DNA from: Octopus vulgaris
Lineage: Eukaryota
Direction of reading: 5' to 3'
DNA: 64,000 nt
Assembly: GCA_951406725.2 (NCBI GenBank)
Contig: OX597821.1
Span: 6,572,001 to 6,636,000, forward strand
The stretch's first letter is position 1, and the number at the start of each line of letters is the position of its first letter. Positions 26,822 to 38,628 of the stretch are shown piece by piece. The translations under genes and the position numbers were made by a program. Below the pieces are notes generated by a model that ran no database searches, was not told the origin of the DNA, and worked only from the letters and a program-made list of their open reading frames with translations.

Positions 26822-27235
26822 AGATGTCGCACAGTATACAATACAGTGAGGTTGTTGATTGAAGATATTGTGTCTACTGGGGGGTTTGTACTGTTTGTCA
26901 TGTCACGACAAGGACCTCAGACAGTACTTTGCGCAATATGTGTGCAATTCCAAGTATTGCCAACTCTTGCAATACACCTAGATTGTAAGGTATTTCTAAG
27001 GTTTACAGATGTTTTTTCAGATTGGGTGGTTTTGAACCCAATGCTCCAATGACAATAGGGATAACCTTTATGTTTGGCTCTTGTAGCTGCCACACCTTAG
27101 TGATCTCAATTCTTAGGTCTCCATATTTATCAACTTTATATCACTCTTATTTCTTAGGAGGGACAAACAAGAGTGACATAGCAGTGTCAGGAGATCAACA
27201 TATCATCATGAAAGAAAGAGAAAAAGTTGATAAAT
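26818..27235. mobile_element. Dong/R4-like RLE-type LINE 3' fragment with 5' inversion
   Basis: Minus strand KVDKYGDLRIEITKVWQLQEPNIKVIPIVIGALGS...LQELAILGIAHILRKVL (restriction-like endonuclease C-terminus); plus strand DIAVSGDQHIIMKEREKVDK; (TAA)n on both sides. Confidence 0.75.
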
Positions 27236-27264
27236 TGTTATCGTTATTTATTATTATTATTATT

Positions 27265-27655
27265 GAGTGAGAGAGCAGTGAATGCCATCAAAGTGACACT
27301 GGGGTAAAATATACGAAGCCCAATATACCCATCATGACTACCCGTCTGATAAGGGTACACCAGGCACATGCATCACAACCATATGTGCGCGACATGGTGA
27401 TCTCATATCAAGATAAACAGCACATGACCTTGCAGGTGGGGCCCAGTTAGAATTTTCTTCAGGTTAAATAGCCCACCCTGCTCAAAAGGTCCCTGAATAA
27501 GGGTTGTTTAAGGATGTTGAACGAAACACCCATGTTTCCAGAGGTGAATTATTCAAACCCCAAAGAATCCCTCTCAACACATGGCTATGATGCTCCCCCA
27601 CTACTTCTGCTCATGATCAGAGATGCACATATCGTCAGCCACTAAGGGACGTGCT
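27265..27655. mobile_element. Repeat family D copy within (TTA)n
   Basis: Near-identical to 26040-26400; (TTA)n on both flanks. Confidence 0.75.
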
Positions 27656-27717
<62 letters not shown>

Positions 27718-28660
27718 GAAGCCACAAACCAACAGAATCCTTATCATGCCAAACAATATGCTTAGTGATATTTTTTCCTGCTCTTTATGTTTTGAGTTCA
27801 AATGTTGTTGAGATCAACTTTGCTTTTCATCCTTTCAGAGTCAGTAAATCAAGTATCAAGTAAGCAGTGGGTCAATATAATCATCTGACCCACTCTCCCT
27901 AGAAATGCTGACCTTGTGTCAAAATCTGAATCCATCGCAGTTACCACCACCACCACCACCACCACCACTGCTGCTGCTGCTGCTGCTGACTAACAAGAAA
28001 TCATCATTAATATTATTTTATCACCACCATCATTATCAAAACTATTGCCAACATCACCATCATTGATTGTCAACATCATTACCACTGCCAACATCATTAT
28101 CATCATCATCATCATCATTCTCATCATCATCATCCTCATTATCATGGATATTATTCAGACCCTTTCCCCGTCGCCCACCATTTTACATATTTTGTTTGTT
28201 TTAGTTCTGTGTCATCCTGCCCTCCCCTTTTGACATGCACAAAGTTCTGCCCCACTGTCCAGCACTATGTTCTTAACCCCAACCTTTTACCCATCATTAA
28301 AGGCCTCATCTGTCAGTTTCCTGCCTTCTTCATCCCCCTCCCTTCAGATACTACATTCCAATACTTTCTTACTTTAGTTCTACATCACTGACCACTAAAT
28401 TGACACTGCTATTTCCCCTCCACAGCCACCTACATACCACTTTCCCTCCTTCTCTCTCTCTCTCTCTCTCTCCCTCTATGCGCGTGTGTGTGTTTGTGTG
28501 TGTATGTGTATATATATATATACATATATATATATACACACATACATATACACACGACCACATATATATAAATATATATGTATACACACACACACACTCA
28601 CACAACCACACTCACTCACACACACCCCCCCCCACACACACACACACATATTATATAGAC

Positions 28661-29517
28661 ACAGGTGTGGCTGTGTGGTAAGAAGCTTGCTTCTGAACCA
28701 CATGGTCCTGGGTTCAACATGCCACTCATTGAGTGACATGTTGGGCAAGTGTCTTCTATAACCTTGGGCTGACCAAATACTTGTGAATGGATTTTGTAGA
28801 CGGAAACTGAAAGAAGCCCATTGTATATATATATATCTAATATAGGGTAAAATATATACAAATATATATGTATATATATATATGTATATATATATATGTA
28901 TATATATGTATATATATACACACACACATATGATGTATGCATATATATATGTATATATGTGTATGTGTCTTTGTGTCTATGTTTGTCCCACCTCACTGTT
29001 TGACAACCGTTGTATGTGTATTTAGATCCCTGTAACTTAGCGGTTCAGCCAAAGCGAGTTATAGAATAAGTACTAGGTTTAAGAGTTCACCACCCCCTGC
29101 CGGAGCCTCATGGAGCTTTTAGGTGTTTTCGCTCAATAAACACACACAACGCCCGATCTGGGAAACGAAACCGCGATCCTGCGACTGCGAGTCCGCTGCC
29201 CTAACCACTAGGCCATTGCACCTCCACATATGTATATATGTATATGTATATATATACACACACACATATGATATATGCATATATATATGTATATATGTGT
29301 ATGTGTCTTTGTGTCTATGTTTGTCCCACCTCACTATTTGACAACCGTTGTAGGTGTATTTAGATCCCTGTAACTTAGCGGTTCAGCCAAAGCGAGTTAT
29401 AGAATAAGTACTAGGTTTAAGAAATAACACCTGGGATTGAATTGTTTGACTAACACCCTTAAAAGCAGTGCTGCCGCCTAGGCATGGTCAAACGATTGAA
29501 ACAAGTAAAAGAATAAA
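28661..29517 (+). mobile_element. SINE family A copy interrupted by another SINE and a long duplication
   Basis: Head GGTGTGGCTGTGTGGTAAG at about 28664 and tail AAAAGAATAAAA at about 29517. Confidence 0.7.
29085..29227 (-). mobile_element. tRNA-derived SINE (distinct family), 3'-truncated
   Basis: Minus strand TGGCCTAGTGGTTAGGGCAGCGGACTCGCAGTCGCAGGATCGCGGTTTCGTTTCCC, a tRNA-like A/B box head. Confidence 0.7.
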
Positions 29518-29802
29518 AAAATTTATTTCCACATCAAATGGAAAATCCTCTCTAAATCCAAATCCTTTATTAACGGATATAGAAATGGTTCAGTGTGTTC
29601 TATGGAAAAACTGTATCTATTAAAAATCTTGGGAACCTCCAATGAATTTCATGACTTGAGGAAGAGTCTTGTTTTCCGCTTGATAAATGAAGGAATTCAT
29701 TATTTTGACCAGAAAACCCTGGGAAGCCGTGATAACAAGATTTGTGGTCTTTTCATTTCAGATTATCTTTACTCATTTCTCTTTATTCTTTATTCTTCCA
29801 TG

Positions 29803-30290
29803 AAGGCACGTGGCTTAGTGGTTAGAGCATTCAGCTCATCGTTCGCCGCTGGAATAAGGAGTGGTTGGAGATCACGTGGTCGTTAGCCTCAAATCGCCAG
29901 GTCTGGTCGGCGTTTGTGAGAGATGCAGCATTGAGGATGAATGAAGCCACTCAAACCACTCCGGGTGAATGCTGTCTCAAGACAAGAAGAGATGTAAGGT
30001 CATGAGTTCAGCTCCCAGCGACACATTGTGTCCTTGAGCAAGACACTTTATTTCACGTTGCTCCAGTCCACTCATCCGGCAAAAGTGAGTTTTACTTGTA
30101 ATTCAAAGGGTCAGCTTTGTCACATTCTGTGTCATACTGAATCTCCCTGAGAACTACATTGAGGGTACATGTGTCTGTGGAGTGCTCAGCCACAGGCACG
30201 TTAATTTTATGAACAGGCTGTTCCGTTGATCAGATCAACTGGAACCCTCGTCGTTGTTATTGTCATCATAACCGATGGAGTGCCAGTATT
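29803..30290 (+). mobile_element. tRNA-headed CORE-like SINE (family E) with a nested RTE fragment
   Basis: GAAGGCACGTGGCTTAGTGGTTAGAGC head and CCTTGAGCAAGACACTTTATTTCACGTTGCTCCAG core; related copies at about 45357-45690, 49410-49700 and 21076-21150. Confidence 0.7.
29840..29990 (+). mobile_element. RTE-like LINE extreme 3' fragment
   Basis: Translates as RRWNKEWLEITWSLASNRQVWSAFVRDAA, the W...LA.NR..W...V C-terminal pattern; CAAGA-repeat tail; splits the head of the host SINE. Confidence 0.55.
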
Positions 30291-30720
30291 CTTTATTCCT
30301 TACCCTTTTAATTGTGTCATTCAATCTGCTTTGACCATGTTGGGACACCAGGAGATATTCAAACATATAGACCCAGTCTTTATGGGGTTTTTTTAAGTTT
30401 GTTACTCACACTATCCTCTCTATTTGTTGAGCTGCTAAGTCACAAGACATAAAACAAACATAAACCAGACGTGGATGCAGGCACACACACATGTGTGTAT
30501 CAGAATCATTGCCATTTTGTGTCCACTTTTCCATACTTGCTCACATGAGTCAGACAAGATTTGTTGGTGCTAACTTTTTACAGTTGGATGCTCTTCCTGT
30601 TGCCAACCCTTCCTTGTTTCCAAGTAAGATATTTTCCCAAAGCCACACATTTCATGGAAAACACAATGTCAAGACAAGTAGGCCATAACACATGCGCACA
30701 CATTCATACATATATATATA

Positions 30721-30871
30721 TACATAAGTGATCACTGTGTATTTACTAAAGGGAATAATGTAATATTGGGGTATATAAAGCCCTTGATGGAAACCCACTT
30801 TTTCCCATCGAGGGCTTATATGCCCCCATATTACATTATTCTCTTTAGTAAATACACAGTGATTACTTGTA
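30721..30871. mobile_element. Palindromic MITE-like hairpin
   Basis: ~70-bp arms AAGTGATCACTGTGTATTTACTAAAG... / ...CTTTAGTAAATACACAGTGATTACTTGTA around a short loop. Confidence 0.7.
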
Positions 30872-30952
30872 GGCTTTAAGCTTATAAATATTATTATTCT
30901 GTGTTCTATCGTGCCATCTGCTTTTTGTGGGAGATAAGTGTTACCTTTATAA

Positions 30953-31432
30953 TGTAATCGAAGGTTCGTGATACCTGTAGAGTATCACCTTCTCCCATTA
31001 CAATTATTTTCTGTAGTCTTAAGGATCTGGAACTCGAAGAAGAAGCTTACAAATGGATGCAATTCAATGGTTGTTTACTTTAGTTCTCATTCATGTGGCT
31101 CGTTCCCGGTGACCATCTGTATGGCAGCGCGTGGTTCATTAATGTACCTCACGTGAAGTACATTACCTCTGGAGATAACAGGTGAAGTTAGAGCAGGACA
31201 AGAATCCGCTGTGAGCTGCCAGCTTGCAGTGTTTCTCAGCATAAGCGAGAAAGAGAAGAGAGACCGAATGCCTTAGTATGCCTGCTTAAATAGTCGTGGC
31301 CAACCAGAGTCTTGCTGGGGTCTTGCACATGGCAAATGGTTGTAGGCGAGACCTCGCTGTTGTCCTGGACATGTTAATAGTTGCCGGCGAGATCTCGTAC
31401 AAAATGGCACTGGGTTCTTGTGTCACGCTACA
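30953..31432. mobile_element. Possible solo LTR
   Basis: TGTA...TACA termini, about 480 bp, CpG-rich relative to its flanks, minus-strand TATTTAA and AGTAAA signals; no clean TSD seen. Confidence 0.35.
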
Positions 31433-31455
31433 CCTTTTAGTATTAATACTGTTGC

Positions 31456-31502
<47 letters not shown>

Positions 31503-31641
31503 TTAGAACATGCTTCTGTATAGATTCCACTTTGATTCATTCAAGGCTACAGTAGAAGATACTTTCCCAAAATGCCATGCAGTGAAACTGAATGTGATAT
31601 CAGATGGACATGAAGCAAAATCCTTAATCTCACAGCCATGA

Positions 31642-31684
<43 letters not shown>

Positions 31685-33360
31685 GCATAAAGCAGTTATG
31701 GCTCTCTCTCTCTCTCCCTCTCCATCCTCACCCCCCTCTCTCATCTCTCTATGTAATTTCCTTTAGTTATTATACATTCACTGGCCTCTATTTTCCAAGA
31801 AATATTTTATGTTCTTTTAATGGACCCAAGCTTCTACTCCCCTCCCTCACCATGTCTTTCTTTCTTACTCTCTCTCTCTCCTCCTGTCTTTCTTTCTCAC
31901 TCTTACTACCCCTGTTCTCCCTATTTTTCTCTCCTGTTGCTTATCCACAATCTACAATCATAATAAAACAGCCATCATTCTCATCCTTTGTAGGGGAGAC
32001 AGCTTGCAGAAATATAGAGATTTATTTGATAAGGGAATGAAGATATTTGTCCAAGTTAAAACCCCCACTGATTAAAAGCCCACATACCATCCACCTCAAA
32101 TCTGTTACATATGAGTCAATAAGATAGTCTGTGTCATCAGTAAACCTAATAGAAATAGTAGCTAAAGCTCCTTCTATTTGCATCCAACAACTTAAATAAG
32201 GAAAGGACACTTGGTAATGTAGTTTGAGTCATATACCTAAAGGAAGGTGGGATGATCATGGTTGGATTATAGATCTACTCAGATGCTTGAATAGATCTAT
32301 GATTCATAGATGCATTGGATCAGAGATCTACTCATTGATGGTTGACTTGGGGCTAAATGACAGCAACAAGATTATTGTTCGATCTGCTAGTACTAGCAGC
32401 CCAGTTGATCTCAAATTACACCCTATCCTCTTAAAAATGACATTATATCTAGTTGCTCTGTGCTTTCAAAAACACGTGGAATATAAAAGAATGTTTACAT
32501 GGTAAAATAAATGTAGTTTGACAACATGAAGAACATCTGGCTGCAAAATCCTGCCAGAAAATCATTTCCCTCCAAATGATGCTAGCCTGGGGAAAATGGG
32601 TGTTAAACAAAATAATTATGTGTGTGTGTTTGTGGATATATGTACATACCTGTGTGTGTGTGTGTTTATGTATATTTCTTTGCATGAATGACCAAACTTT
32701 GGGAACAGATCAAAGACTCATGCACTGTGCATGAAGATACAACATGCACACCATATAGATAACACATCAACTGTTCTTGTGACACCCAACAGTGTTCATC
32801 TAAGCCTGTTTAACTTTGCTCCCAAAATACAAATATCAAAGATTTCCCTGCCACACACAGAAATTGATAAACATGTGTGTGTGTGAGTGTGAGTGTGTGT
32901 GCATCATCATCATCATCATCATTATCATCATGAACATCATTTACCGTCTGTTTTCCCTGCTAGCATTGGCTGGACGGTTTGATAGGAGCTGGCTGGCTGA
33001 AGAGCTGCTCAGGCCCCGTGCCTGTTTTGGCAGGGTTTCTATGGCTGAATGCCCTTCTTAATACTAACCACTTTTACCCAGTACCAGCATAGGTGCATTT
33101 ACATGGCACCAGCATAGGTGCTTTTTTATGTGGCACCAGCTCCCACAAGCCCACAAGATTAGAAATACTCAGCCAGAGAGGGATGCAGGGGACAAGCCTG
33201 TATGTAAGGACAACCATGTTTTTACTTGGCATGTTTTCTCAAGCAAAGCAAACTGTTGAGAGTCTTGGTCCCTTGTCGTCCCCTCTGTGAGTCCCAGTTC
33301 ATCACTTCATCTCACAATGTAAATAAATAAATAAAACTGGGATAGATATATAAACTATAT

Positions 33361-33489
33361 GTTACCAACCACATGGTTCCGGGTTCAGTCCCACTGCACG
33401 GCACCTCGGGCAAGTGTCTTCTATTATAGCGTCGGGCCGACTAAAGCCTTGTCAGTGGATTTGGTAGATGGACACTGAAAGAAGACTGT

Positions 33490-33542
<53 letters not shown>

Positions 33543-33970
33543 CTGAAATGTATATAAAAACAAAAGACAAAGACAGGTGTATAAACAACAGGCAGGTGTA
33601 TTAGTTTGACACTTGGGAAGGTGAGAAAGTCTTTTATTTTTCGAGCCTATGCTCTTCAACAGAAAGGAGACGAGGAAATAAACAGAGAGAGAATAAAAAA
33701 CTTTTGGAGTTAGCAGTCAGTCATATATATATATGTATGTGTGTGTGTTTGTGTGTCCGTGTTTGTTCCCTCTCCACCACCACCACCACCACTACCATCT
33801 CTTGGCAACCAATGTTGATGTGTTTACATCCCCCGTAACTCAGCAGTTCGGTAGTAGAATAACTACTAGGCTTACAAAAAATAAGTCCTGGGGTCGATTT
33901 GTTCGACTAAAGGTGGTGCTCCAGCATGGACGCAGTCAAACAACTGAACCAAATAAAAGAATAAAAGAAT
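33361..33970 (+). mobile_element. SINE family A with a hammerhead-bearing element inserted in its (TA)n
   Basis: Family A head (33361-33490) and tail (33735-33970) separated by unrelated sequence at about 33541-33722. Confidence 0.7.
33631..33666 (-). ncRNA. Minimal hammerhead-like motif (CUGUUGA core)
   Basis: Minus strand CUUU-CUGUUGA-A-GAGC/AUAG/GCUC-GAAA-AA-UA-AAAG; stems I and II pair. Confidence 0.4.
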
Positions 33971-34299
33971 ATATACATGTAAATAGAGAGATCCAAAGAC
34001 TGAAAATATTCAGACGATGGATATTCATGTATAAATATATAAATATTTATATATTAACAGAGCAGATTTACACAGAGTACAAAGGCATCCAAAATTAAGG
34101 GGAAAAGGTTTGGTATTATAGATCTGGCAGCTGTTTCTGGGGTCTTGGAATTATGTAATAATGTTGGCAGATGTAGTTTTCAAGGTATCAAGAATATGTA
34201 CCAAGGAGTATATATGCAGAGAAACATTAGGTAAATCCGTCTTTAGAATGAGGTGATTGGTGTCTAACATTTCAAACCATAGTGCAGGGAAATTTTTTT

Positions 34300-34905
34300 A
34301 ATAATAATAATAATAAAACATTGTGTACAGTGCTCTGGTGCACTACAACTCATCTAAAGTGTATGTATAATCAGGTGTAGTTTCGGCGGATTTCGGAAAG
34401 CATGAGGGCCTTAAAGGATGCAGTGTCATGGCAGTCAACAACTGACGCAGGCAATTTGTTCCATGCTTCAGCAACTCTGAGCGTGAAAAAATGTTTCCGA
34501 AAGTCATGGGAGCTGTGTTGTTTTCTGACTTTGTAGGCATGTCCACGTGTGTTAGACACATGAAGATCAAAAAGGTGTTCAGTGTTGTTGTTGGTGAGGT
34601 GGTTGATAACTTTGTGGGTGTTTACCAAGTCCATCGCCAGACGCCGGAGCTTCAGTGAATCCATGCCCAGGGAAACAAGGTGCTCAGAATATGGTAGGTG
34701 TCTGATGGAGGGTATGCGTTTGGTTGCACGTCTCTGAACAGATTCCAGGAGGTCAATGTTCTGAGCAAGATAGGGGTTCCAAACTGATGATGCGAATTCC
34801 AAGTGTGGTCGTACCATAGCTGTATACAGCTTTAAATAGATGGCTGGAGAGCGGCTAACAAAAGTCTTGCTGAGTGATGCCAAGACACCCTCGGCCTTCT
34901 TGACA
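34300..34905 (-). mobile_element. CR1-clade LINE 3' fragment (RT C-terminus)
   Basis: ORF 34371-34883 LYTAMVRPHLEFASSVWNPY...LESVQRRATK...NTRGH.YK...FFTLRVAEAWNKLP; (ATT)n tail. Confidence 0.9.
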
Positions 34906-35635
34906 ATAGGTAGAATGAGTGAATAAGAAGGCCACTAAAAATCAGTGGAGGGAGCAAGTATGTGACTTGAATGGGTGTGTGGAGAATGTTGAAGCAAGTA
35001 AGGGTAAGAAAAGATAGGAGAGTCAGAGCAAAGGGAGGGGGTGAGTGACCAGAGAGGTAAAAGTGATGATTTGGGAGATTAGTGGGATGGGTAGTATTGT
35101 GAAGGGTGGTCATTATTGGGTTTGACAACAGATGTTATTAGTTAGGGATGATTGGGGCTGTAGAAGTGAGAAAGGGAAACTGATGTAATTGTGAAATTCC
35201 ATAGAGTCAAATGATTTATTCATTTCATAGCATGTACTGCATTTGAGGAATTTGAGGTAATAAGCTATAATTAGAACCTTAACCTAGCAATTATACATAT
35301 ATGGTAATTAGAACTGTAGTTTGGTCTTCAAATATATACAGACTATATTTAGAACAATAGTCAAGATGTCTTATACATCTATCCAGGTTTATCACAGAAG
35401 TTTAGTTCTTAAAGCACATTAATATGTGAATCAGTGATATGTGGATCATCTCCACTATGCACTTTGTAAACAGAACAAACGCTAGATTCATTGGCACCAA
35501 GCTTCCACAGCCATATATTTTCTTGATAATTTCAATGTTTCCCTGTAGAGAGTACACTCACCTGTGTCATTTGTTAGGATCACGTACCTTCATATTTTTT
35601 GCATTCACTGATCTCATGTTGATGGGTACATGTAC

Positions 35636-36043
35636 TCTCTTACTTGTTTCAGTCATTTGACTGTGGCCATGCTGGAGCACCGCCTTTAGTCAAGCAAATC
35701 GACCCCAGGACTTATTCTTTGTAACCCTAGTACTTATTCTATTGGTCTCTTTTGCCGAACCGCTAAGTTACAGGGACGTAAACACACCACCATCGGTTGT
35801 CAAGTGACGTTGGGGAGACAAACACAGACACACAAACATATATACACACACACATATATATATATATATACATACATACAACGGGCTTCCTTCAGTTTCT
35901 GTCTACCAAATCCACTCACAAGGCTTTGGTCGGCCCGAGGCTATAGTAGAAGACACTTGCCCAAGTTGCCATGCAGTGGGACTGAACCCTGAACCATGTG
36001 GTTCATAAGCAAGCTACTTACCACACAACTACTCTTATGCCTA
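35636..36043 (-). mobile_element. SINE family A
   Basis: Full-length reverse match. Confidence 0.85.
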
Positions 36044-36926
36044 TGTTACAGACTCAGGAAGAATAAAAAGCTAAGTTGGTCTCAGTTGGATTTGAAATCA
36101 GAGTGTAAAGGTTTGCAACTAAATGCTAATTATTTTGTCAAAGAGAGTAACAAAATATCAAGTAAGCGGTGCCCCAGCATGGCCGCGGCCTTCGGGCTAA
36201 AACATTTTAAAGGATTTTTAAGTAACAGAATCAGTGTCACTGCTTGTAACCCTTTCCCAAATTTGTGGTCTTGTGCCTATGATGGAGATCAAGATTTATA
36301 CAATAGATCAGATGAAAGTAGTTTGTTGTCTTTTCATTGGAGGTGAACTTTTTATTTGAAGATCTCTGTAAGATAGATCTGAGAAAAATCTGAGGCAGGC
36401 ATGTAACCCTTTCTTTTAGAGGCACCTTGATAAACAGCACTTGTGAGCCACTTTATCCTTACGTGCTTGTTACTACAAAAGACATTAAAAAAAATCATAT
36501 ACATAGAAATACATACACATGCATACTTGCACACACACACACACACACATACACACGCACACACACGTTAATGCAATAGTTAATTTTATTCTTTTGATTC
36601 CTCTAATCCTTCCTTTTTCCACTCTCTTTTGCTGTAAACAGTGAAGCTAATTTCAATGAAGAAACTCATAGAAATAAGCTGAACCTTGCATAACACAGGA
36701 GAAAGGTTTCACAATTACATGGCTAAAATTTTAATTAGTAACTATGTGTGTTATTTGATTGTATTACCTTTGTCTCAGGAATTTATATCTCCTATATTAG
36801 CTTCACATGGAATGTTAATATCATAATAATGAGAAGGTCTGTAGAAAATGCTTTGACAGTTCATTATACAATAAGTGAATTTGCAGCCAGTTAATTAAAA
36901 TTTGTTTTTAATGTTCTGCTTTGTTT

Positions 36927-36961
<35 letters not shown>

Positions 36962-37482
36962 CAGGAGTGGGTGCTGAAAAGTTCCTAGGTTTGGGTAAAA
37001 GAAAATACAGGAGGGTCAGTTGATTATGAATTTATCCAACATATTCCCCTCTCAGATTCACACACTTATTGCAGTGGTCCTTCAGTTTTTCTAAGCCCTG
37101 TAAATGAACTTAGAAAGTTGTGCCTCCAATCAGGCCTTTTGCAATATTCTAAAGCCAGGAACTTTTCAGCACCCCTTTGTATATTTTGCTTAGGCGTTGC
37201 AAGACTAATAACCTGTTGTAGAACTCAATATATGTATAACTTTCTCATTGTTGATGCCCTTCCCTATAGAGGCACAAATGTAATTATTTCTCAAATTAAT
37301 TGCACTTCATATTCAAGGCTCTGATAAAGTTATAAGGTGTTATTCAGGCATTCAACTGAGTCCACTTCATCTTAATAAGTACCAGGCTGACAAAGAATAA
37401 GTCCTGGGGTTGATTTCTCCAACTAAAAGGCAGTGCTCCAGCATGGTCACAGTTAAATGACTGAAACAAATATAAAAATACC

Positions 37483-37880
37483 TCGACTGGCTTCTGTGCT
37501 GGTGGCACATAAAAAGCACCATCCGAACGTGGCCGATGCCAGCGTCACCTAGGCTGGCTTCCGTGCCGGTGGCACGTTAAAAGCACCAACCAATCGTGGC
37601 CGATGCCAGACTCCCCTGGCACTTGTGCCGGTGGCACGTTAAAAGCACCAACCGATCGTGGCCGATGCCAGACTCCCCTGGCACTTGTGCCGGTGGCACG
37701 TAAAAAGCACCCACTACACTCGCAGAGTGGTTGGCGTTAGGAAGGGCATCCAGTTGTAGAAACACTGCCAGATCAGACTGGAGCCTGGTGTAGCCCCTGG
37801 CTTCCCAGAACCCGGTCGAACCCATCCAACCCATGCTAGCATGGAGAATGGACGTTAAACGATGATGATGATGATGATGA
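37483..37880 (+). mobile_element. SINE-like family C, young copy with internal ~62-70-bp tandem units
   Basis: GTGCCGGTGGCACGT(T/A)AAAAGCACC-type unit repeated 4 times; (GAT)n tail. Confidence 0.8.
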
Positions 37881-38332
37881 GACACAGACATACAGACAGA
37901 CAGAAACACACGCTAGCTCTATAATAGACATTCTCTGATTCCTATTACAATATCTATAAACTTTAAACCTTAAACAATATTGCTGTCATGAAATACATAC
38001 TTAATGGAAAATGCCTACCTCGACAATGACGTCAGATATAAAATATATATAACACTTTAATTATCACAGTTCCTTTGCAAACAAGAATTGTATTTCTTGT
38101 TTCTTGTCTGTTTATTTTTTAGGGAACAGGGAGACTGAAGTCTCACTTGTGAATGGTTAATTTTGGGGTGTTGGCCTGTTTCTCTAATTATTTTTATTGC
38201 ATCTAACTTGTAACTTGATTTGATAATTTGCTGCGAGGCCCATACACTCAGCATTCCCAAGGTTCTTTATTTGTGCTCCTATAACTCTTGACAGCTATTT
38301 GATTATGTATACGTGTGTGGGGGTATACATAC

Positions 38333-38544
<212 letters not shown>

Positions 38545-38561
38545 GTATATATATATGTGTA

Positions 38562-38628
<67 letters not shown>

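Noticed and set aside
29150-29227. tRNA-like sequence (also the heads of SINE families A, B and E)
   Set aside because: No complete cloverleaf or acceptor stem; the sequence continues into SINE body
37483-37710. Repeated GTGCCGGTGGCACG...AAAAGCACC units resembling a CRISPR array
   Set aside because: The spacers are near-identical to one another, the units are internal to SINE family C, the context is eukaryotic and no cas genes are present
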